Below are positions 25,553 through 29,873 of a stretch of 29,873 nucleotides of DNA, piece by piece. The stretch is from a virus (taxonomy: Duplodnaviria; Caudoviricetes): the IMG/VR virus record IMGVR_UViG_3300009095_000052, positions 1 through 29,873 of that record. One strand, given 5' to 3'. Position numbers and translations under genes: made by a program. A model generated the notes under the pieces. It was not told the DNA's origin. It searched no databases and was given only the letters and a program-made list of their open reading frames with translations. Every line of letters begins with the position of its first letter. Positions within the stretch are counted from its first letter, which is position 1.

Positions 25553-25935
25553 GGCACCCGTTCACCCGGCGCAATAACGCAGGCGCACTGGCAATCTTCG
25601 CGCTAATCGGGCTCACCGCTGCCGTGCTGGTGGACGATGCCCGGACCGGCACGTATATCTTCCTCGGCGTCACCGCCGCCCAGGCGTGGTGCTTCACCCT
25701 CTTCTACGGCTTGGCCTCCACCTGGCGGGCCACCGCCGCTGCCCGCGCGCTGTTCTGGATCGTGCTGGCCTACGCGCTGCTGTCCACCCACCTGCTCGTC
25801 ACCGTGACCACCGGCTTCCGGCCGCCGTGGAACCAGGGCGTGCGGCAGGTGCTCTACTTCGGGCTCGCACTGGCGGCGATGAACCTGATCCTTACCACGC
25901 TGCGGCTGGTGCTCGACGGGCGGCGTGCCCGATAG
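25549..25935 (+). CDS. putative holin / multi-pass membrane protein (4 TM)
   Basis: ATGA overlap; four hydrophobic segments; F..FYG..STWRAT..RAL pattern. Confidence 0.7.
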   Translation: MRHPFTRRNNAGALAIFALIGLTAAVLVDDARTGTYIFLGVTAAQAWCFTLFYGLASTWRATAAARALFWIVLAYALLSTHLLVTVTTGFRPPWNQGVRQVLYFGLALAAMNLILTTLRLVLDGRRAR

Positions 25936-25939
25936 CGTC

Positions 25940-25960
25940 TGCACGCCCGCACGCTACTGT
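25940..25960 (+). promoter_or_regulatory. putative late promoter (TGCACG-N9-TACTGT), probably serving the major tail gene
   Basis: five-copy motif; next sense-strand gene is the major tail gene at 26558. Confidence 0.6.
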
Positions 25961-25988
25961 CGGTCCCGACGGCCTCACCGTTGTGGAT

Positions 25989-26522
25989 TCACTCAAAGGG
26001 AGTGGCAGGGTGCTTGTCGTCGCTGGACTTGAGGCCCGCGTACTGCGCGGCGGCTCGGTCGCGCGCACAGGTCTTGCACTTACGCCCGGCGCGGTTCTCG
26101 TAGCAGTTGTCCGGGGTGAGTTCATGCCCCCGCTTGCAGTGGGTCTTCTGGGAGTTCCAGTGCCCACCGTTACGAACCATGTCCGCCACGTTGTGCGCTT
26201 GCGTTCCCCATTCCAGGTTCTCTACGCAGTTGTTGCTTCGGTCATCGTTCAGATGACGGGCTACCTGCCCTACCGGGCGCGGCCCGACGAAGGTTTCCAG
26301 GACCAGTTGATGAACCTTCCGTCGGCGGCGTGCTCCGGTGCGGAGGCGGACTTCCAGGTATCGGGAATGCGCTGGACCACTCCAGGTTTGAGTGACCGGC
26401 TGCGCCGGTTCTACAAGTCTTCCGTGAGGGTCCAGCAGGTCCGACCTGCGTACTTCTCCACGGTTGGAAATCTCGTATCCGGGGTGTCCGGGTACGGGCT
26501 CCCAGATATCGGTGTCGGTCAT
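25989..26522 (-). CDS. NUMOD4-HNH homing endonuclease
   Basis: WEPVPGHPGYEISNRGEVR (NUMOD4); VHQLVLETFVGPRP..ARHLNDDRSNNCVENLEWGT..N (HNH); KTHCKRGH...CKTC zinc motif; antisense to the late operon. Confidence 0.9.
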   Translation of the reverse strand: MTDTDIWEPVPGHPGYEISNRGEVRRSDLLDPHGRLVEPAQPVTQTWSGPAHSRYLEVRLRTGARRRRKVHQLVLETFVGPRPVGQVARHLNDDRSNNCVENLEWGTQAHNVADMVRNGGHWNSQKTHCKRGHELTPDNCYENRAGRKCKTCARDRAAAQYAGLKSSDDKHPATPFE

Positions 26523-26557
26523 GACACTCGATTCTATGCCCTGAAAGGAACGTAAAC

Positions 26558-27406
26558 ATGGCCGTTTTCCCTGTGGTTAAGGGCACCGTGCTGAGGGCCA
26601 CAAAGGTCAACAACTGTGGTCTGCCGGTCGCCGGACCGGCGAACCGGGTGGTCACCCCCGGCTGGGTGTCGCTGACCATCTCTCCTGAGTTCCAGGAGGC
26701 CGAGGAGCTGGAGCAGCGCAACGCCGAGGGTCGCGTCTGCGTCCAGGACCGCACCCCGCCCGAGCGCAAGTACTACAACCTGGAGCTGACGCTCTGCCAG
26801 GTCAACACCTGCCTCATCTCGCTGTTCAACAGCTGGGTGCAGGAGCTGGACTGGGAGGGCAACGCGGTCGGTTTCCGCGACCAGCGCGAGGTCGAGGCCG
26901 ACTTCGGTGTGGCTCTGGAGCTGTGGGCCGGTGGCCGTGCAGGCACCGACTGCCCGCTGCCCGAGGACGATTCAATCTTCGCCTCGGCGGGCACCGGTCG
27001 TAACTACGGCTACGTGCTCACCTTCGGCACCGAGTTCGTGCTCGGCGACATCGAGATCGCGGCGTCCGTCGCGACCTTCGTGCTCACCGGCATCTCGTTC
27101 CCCGCGCCGCAGTGGGGCCGTGGTCTCTACAACGTCGTGGCAATCGACAGCTCCAACACCCCCGGCCGTCTGCTCACCCCGCTCGGCCAGGACCAGCAGC
27201 TGGTCATCCAGCGGACCCCGGTCCCGCCCCCGGACCCGACCCCTGGCGAGGAGTGCTGCCCGGTGGACATCGCCGGGGTGTTCACCGCGCCGAACTACTA
27301 CTTCGGTGGCCCGGCCGGTGAACCCGCAGCCGATATCGCGCCGGATCAGCCCGCCTGCGAGGGTGAAGGCGAGGGTGAAGGCGAGGGTGAGGGCGAAGGC
27401 GAGTAA
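26558..27406 (+). CDS. major tail (tube) protein with C-terminal E(GE)7 tail
   Basis: AAAGGA RBS; LRATKVNNCG.P, EQRNAEGRVC and WGRG.YNVV motifs of cluster-B-like tail tube proteins. Confidence 0.85.
   Translation: MAVFPVVKGTVLRATKVNNCGLPVAGPANRVVTPGWVSLTISPEFQEAEELEQRNAEGRVCVQDRTPPERKYYNLELTLCQVNTCLISLFNSWVQELDWEGNAVGFRDQREVEADFGVALELWAGGRAGTDCPLPEDDSIFASAGTGRNYGYVLTFGTEFVLGDIEIAASVATFVLTGISFPAPQWGRGLYNVVAIDSSNTPGRLLTPLGQDQQLVIQRTPVPPPDPTPGEECCPVDIAGVFTAPNYYFGGPAGEPAADIAPDQPACEGEGEGEGEGEGEGE
27359..27403 (+). repeat. Glu-(Gly-Glu)7 coding repeat
   Basis: GAG plus 7 x GG(C/T)GA(A/G) directly before TAA. Confidence 0.95.
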
Positions 27407-28038
27407 TGCCGACGTTCCCGACCGGTCCGAACACGCTGCTGTTGCTGTCGGGCGGACTCGATTCCGCCTACTGCCTCTGGAAGCATGTTCGGACCGGTCA
27501 GCCCATCCGCACGCACCATGTCGTTCTCGCCGACCACGAGGGACGACAGGAGGTCGAACGGGTCGCTACACAGCGGGTGCTCGCCTGGGTCCACGCCAAG
27601 GTGCCCGGCTCCCGCGCGCTCATCCAGCACACGGAGAGCCGCGTGAGCTTCGGGGACTTGCGCTGGATTCCGAAGAACTACCACCTGTGGGCGTACTGGA
27701 CAGGCGTCATCATGGCGGCCCCGTCCGGCCGGGCCATCACCGACATCATCCTGCCCCGGCACAGCGACGCTTTCGCTGGCGGTCCCACCGGCCCGTCGGC
27801 GCGGCGCAGCGACACGGCCTACAAGGGCCACGTGAAGCTCATTGCCGGGCGCGAACCGGTGCTCCGGTACCCAATGGCCCATCTCACCAAGGCGCAGGTC
27901 ATCGCCGACATGCCGCAGGGTCTGATCGACGCGAGCTGGTGGTGCCGTACCCCGCGCAACGGGACGCGGTGCCACAAGTGCGCGACCTGCAAGCTGGTCG
28001 ATCCCGCTCTCGCCGCGCGGGCGCGGAAGGTAGGCTGA
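27406..28038 (+). CDS. QueC-like PP-loop ATP pyrophosphatase (adenine nucleotide alpha-hydrolase superfamily)
   Basis: LLLSGGLDS PP-loop; P..HLTKAQV; C-x8-C-x2-C-x2-C zinc site (CRTPRNGTRCHKCATC); TAATG-coupled to the major tail gene. Confidence 0.8.
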   Translation: MPTFPTGPNTLLLLSGGLDSAYCLWKHVRTGQPIRTHHVVLADHEGRQEVERVATQRVLAWVHAKVPGSRALIQHTESRVSFGDLRWIPKNYHLWAYWTGVIMAAPSGRAITDIILPRHSDAFAGGPTGPSARRSDTAYKGHVKLIAGREPVLRYPMAHLTKAQVIADMPQGLIDASWWCRTPRNGTRCHKCATCKLVDPALAARARKVG

Positions 28039-28071
28039 CCGGCGCGGGCTGACCTTGCCCGCCCCATGAGA

Positions 28072-28102
28072 AACGGCCCGGACGCTCAGCGTCCGGGCCG
28101 TT
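28072..28102. terminator. probable bidirectional terminator
   Basis: 14-bp stem AACGGCCCGGACGC-tca-GCGTCCGGGCCGTT between convergent genes. Confidence 0.7.
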
Positions 28103-28116
28103 CTCGTTGTTCAGGA

Positions 28117-28272
28117 TCAGATCTCCAGCTCCAGGTCGGAGGGGAGCAGGGAGACGATCTTGGCGTCGGAGGGCAGCATCTCCATCAGCTCCTCGAAGGC
28201 GTCGGCCTTCGACTCAGCGGCGACGTGCAGGACCATCTCGGAGCCGTTGCGAACGATGTTGGCGACAAACAT
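28117..28272 (-). CDS. 51-aa acidic protein in a stand-alone cassette (MFVANIVRNGSEMVLHVAAESKADAFEELMEMLPSDAKIVSLLPSDLELEI)
   Basis: translated by hand (absent from the track); GGAAGGA RBS, leader hairpin and full cassette promoter upstream, terminator downstream. Confidence 0.8.
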   Translation of the reverse strand: MFVANIVRNGSEMVLHVAAESKADAFEELMEMLPSDAKIVSLLPSDLELEI

Positions 28273-28291
28273 GTGGGATTCCTTCCCTCGG

Positions 28292-28353
28292 GAGCGGGTC
28301 TGTCCCGCTCACTGAAACTACAATAACCGTTCGGCGGGTGTTGTGTCAACACC
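28292..28353 (-). promoter_or_regulatory. cassette promoter plus leader hairpin
   Basis: TTGACA-caacacccgccgaacggt-TATTGT; hairpin GAGCGGG-ACAGA-CCCGCTC; IR GGTGTTG-tgt-CAACACC. Confidence 0.85.
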
Positions 28354-28381
28354 GGTCGTTACCTGTCCTTATCCGTGGTGA

Positions 28382-28402
28382 TGCACGGGCACCGGCTACC
28401 GT
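28382..28402 (+). promoter_or_regulatory. putative late promoter (TGCACG-N9-TACCGT), leaderless
   Basis: five-copy motif; ATG 28410 follows 7 nt later with no RBS. Confidence 0.65.
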
Positions 28403-28409
28403 CGTGGGC

Positions 28410-29144
28410 ATGAGCTGCACGTGGCCGGTAGACCGGACATGCCTGCCGGTCTCCGAATCGGAGCCCGAGCGCATCAAGCAGGAGCACGCCGAAGACCTCG
28501 CCGTCTCGGTGCTCTGGGCGCTGTCCGGGCGGCAGTTCGGCATCTGCCCGGTCATCGCCCGGCCGTGCCCGACGGCGTGCACCAGCACGGCCTATGACCT
28601 CCTCGGTGGACCGGGCTGGTTCCCGCTGTGGGACGGCGCGAACTGGCGCAATGTGCGGTGCGGCTGCACCGGCAAGTGCGAGGCCACCGGTCCGACGGTG
28701 ATCCACCTCGGGTCCACCAAGGGTCTGCCGATCCAGGAAGTCACCGAGGTCCGCATTGCGGGCGAGATCATGGACCCGTCGCTGTACTCGCTGGAGGGCG
28801 ATCTGCTCTACCGGCGCGACGGTGCCCAGTGGCCCACCCAAGACCTCACCCGGCCGCTGGACGAGCCGGGCACCTGGTCGGTCAGCTACACCCAGGGCAA
28901 CCCGCCACCGGCCGGTACCGCCACCCTGGTCGCGCTGCTCGCCAAGGAGTTCCTGGATGCGTGCGGCGGTGGCAAGTGCCGCCTGCCCCGGCGCGTGCAG
29001 ACTGTCTCCCGGCAGGGCGTCACCTACAACATGATCGACCCCACCGACATCTACCGCGACGGCCTGACTGGCCTTCCCGAGGTGGACATCTGGATCGCGT
29101 CGGTGAACCCGCACCGCCTCCAGGGCGCGCCGAGGGTGAGGTGA
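28410..29144 (+). CDS. head-to-tail adaptor
   Basis: MSCTWPVDRTC, LWALSGRQFG.C, CRLPRRVQTVSRQGV and TGLPEVD.W...VNP motifs; synteny. Confidence 0.8.
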   Translation: MSCTWPVDRTCLPVSESEPERIKQEHAEDLAVSVLWALSGRQFGICPVIARPCPTACTSTAYDLLGGPGWFPLWDGANWRNVRCGCTGKCEATGPTVIHLGSTKGLPIQEVTEVRIAGEIMDPSLYSLEGDLLYRRDGAQWPTQDLTRPLDEPGTWSVSYTQGNPPPAGTATLVALLAKEFLDACGGGKCRLPRRVQTVSRQGVTYNMIDPTDIYRDGLTGLPEVDIWIASVNPHRLQGAPRVR

Positions 29145-29145
29145 C

Positions 29146-29667
29146 ATGGACGACCCCGTGAGCTGCGTGATCAACGGCACCATCTGCGCACTGCGCGAAG
29201 CGTTCTCACCCGAGAGCGCGGTGCCGCCGCTCGGCGGTGGTACCTCCAAGGTGCGCGTATTCGCTGGCGACGCTGCGCCGCTGGCTGCCTGGGACGCGCA
29301 CCGCGACGATTGCGAGTGCAACGAGCCGTTCCTGTGGGTCCGGCTGATGCGCCGCTACCGCAGCCAGACCTTCCCGCAGCCCTACGTCGGCCCGGACCCC
29401 TGCCCGGTGCCGATCGTCGTGGCCGTCGAAATCGGCGTTGGCCGGTGCGCGGCGATGTCCATCGAGGGCTGCTCGTGGGAGAGCTACGAGTCCGAAGCCG
29501 AAATCAGCCTGGACGATTCATGGCGCATCGAGTTGGCGCTGTGCCGCGCCGTTGCGCTGCTCAAGAAAGAGCGGTGCTCGGACCTCGTGGCAACCGACGC
29601 CGTGATCCCCTACGGTCCCGAGGGCGGCGTGGTCGCCTGGATCGGCACCCTCTACGCACAGGTCTAG
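29146..29667 (+). CDS. head-tail connector / tail-terminator region protein
   Basis: GAGGTG RBS; PFLWVRL, EIGVGRC and GPEGGVVAW; follows the adaptor. Confidence 0.65.
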   Translation: MDDPVSCVINGTICALREAFSPESAVPPLGGGTSKVRVFAGDAAPLAAWDAHRDDCECNEPFLWVRLMRRYRSQTFPQPYVGPDPCPVPIVVAVEIGVGRCAAMSIEGCSWESYESEAEISLDDSWRIELALCRAVALLKKERCSDLVATDAVIPYGPEGGVVAWIGTLYAQV

Positions 29668-29676
29668 GAGAACAGC

Positions 29677-29873
29677 ATGAAGGTCACCATCGAAGGTTCC
29701 AGCGTCGTCCGCAACACCTTCCTCGCGCCCGGCCGCCAGGTCACCGTGGAGCGGACTCCCCTCGTCGCGAAGATGATCCGGCGCGGCTACGTCAACGTTG
29801 TGATCCCCGAGCCGAAGCCGACCATCCCGGACCCGGTTACTGTGCAGGAAACGATGGCTGAGGTGGAGCGCGT
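29677..29873 (+). CDS. hypothetical virion-region protein, truncated at the window end
   Basis: AGGAG RBS, ATG 29677, open to the end (MKVTIEGSSVVRNTFLAPGRQVTVE...). Confidence 0.7.
   Translation, partial: MKVTIEGSSVVRNTFLAPGRQVTVERTPLVAKMIRRGYVNVVIPEPKPTIPDPVTVQETMAEVER

Noticed and set aside
25936-26557. Group I intron or intein carrying the HNH
   Set aside because: The flanking genes are intact with their own start and stop codons; the HNH is free-standing and antisense.
23322-27403. GE tails as an assembly artefact or slipped microsatellite
   Set aside because: The three DNA repeats differ in synonymous codon order and each sits in frame precisely before a stop codon.
27406-28038. Complete queuosine/7-deazaguanine pathway
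   Set aside because: Only a QueC-like gene is visible; no QueD, QueE, FolE or DpdA/TGT in the window, although they could lie outside it.

Overview
About 30 kb of a high-GC actinobacteriophage siphovirus genome with mycobacteriophage cluster-B-like organisation (host probably a mycolic-acid actinomycete; this is inference). From left to right: a leftward block (ParB-like protein, HNH nuclease); a non-coding divergent region; small rightward genes including a probable terminase small subunit and a cutinase/lysin-B-like hydrolase; a DNA-hypermodification operon (ParB-like, TET/JBP dioxygenase, amino-acid:DNA transferase, P-loop kinase, GNAT, FAD oxidoreductase) that runs straight into the terminase large subunit; an island of leftward single-gene cassettes with repeated promoter and leader-hairpin modules; an orphan HicA; then portal, MuF-protease fusion, hexamer and pentamer capsid proteins, membrane/holin genes, an antisense HNH, major tail protein, a lone QueC-like PP-loop enzyme and head-tail genes. 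Highlights: (1) three major virion proteins end in a synonymously diversified (Gly-Glu)7-8 tail, and a stand-alone QueC-family enzyme is translationally coupled to one of them, a candidate virion-protein modification system; (2) a TET/JBP-initiated thymidine hypermodification pathway coupled to packaging genes; (3) a five-copy TGCA(C/G)G-N9-TAC(C/T)NT putative late promoter; (4) a repeated early-type promoter/palindrome plus 5' leader hairpin module and an ORF-less candidate small RNA. All product calls come from motifs and synteny read by eye, with no database searches.
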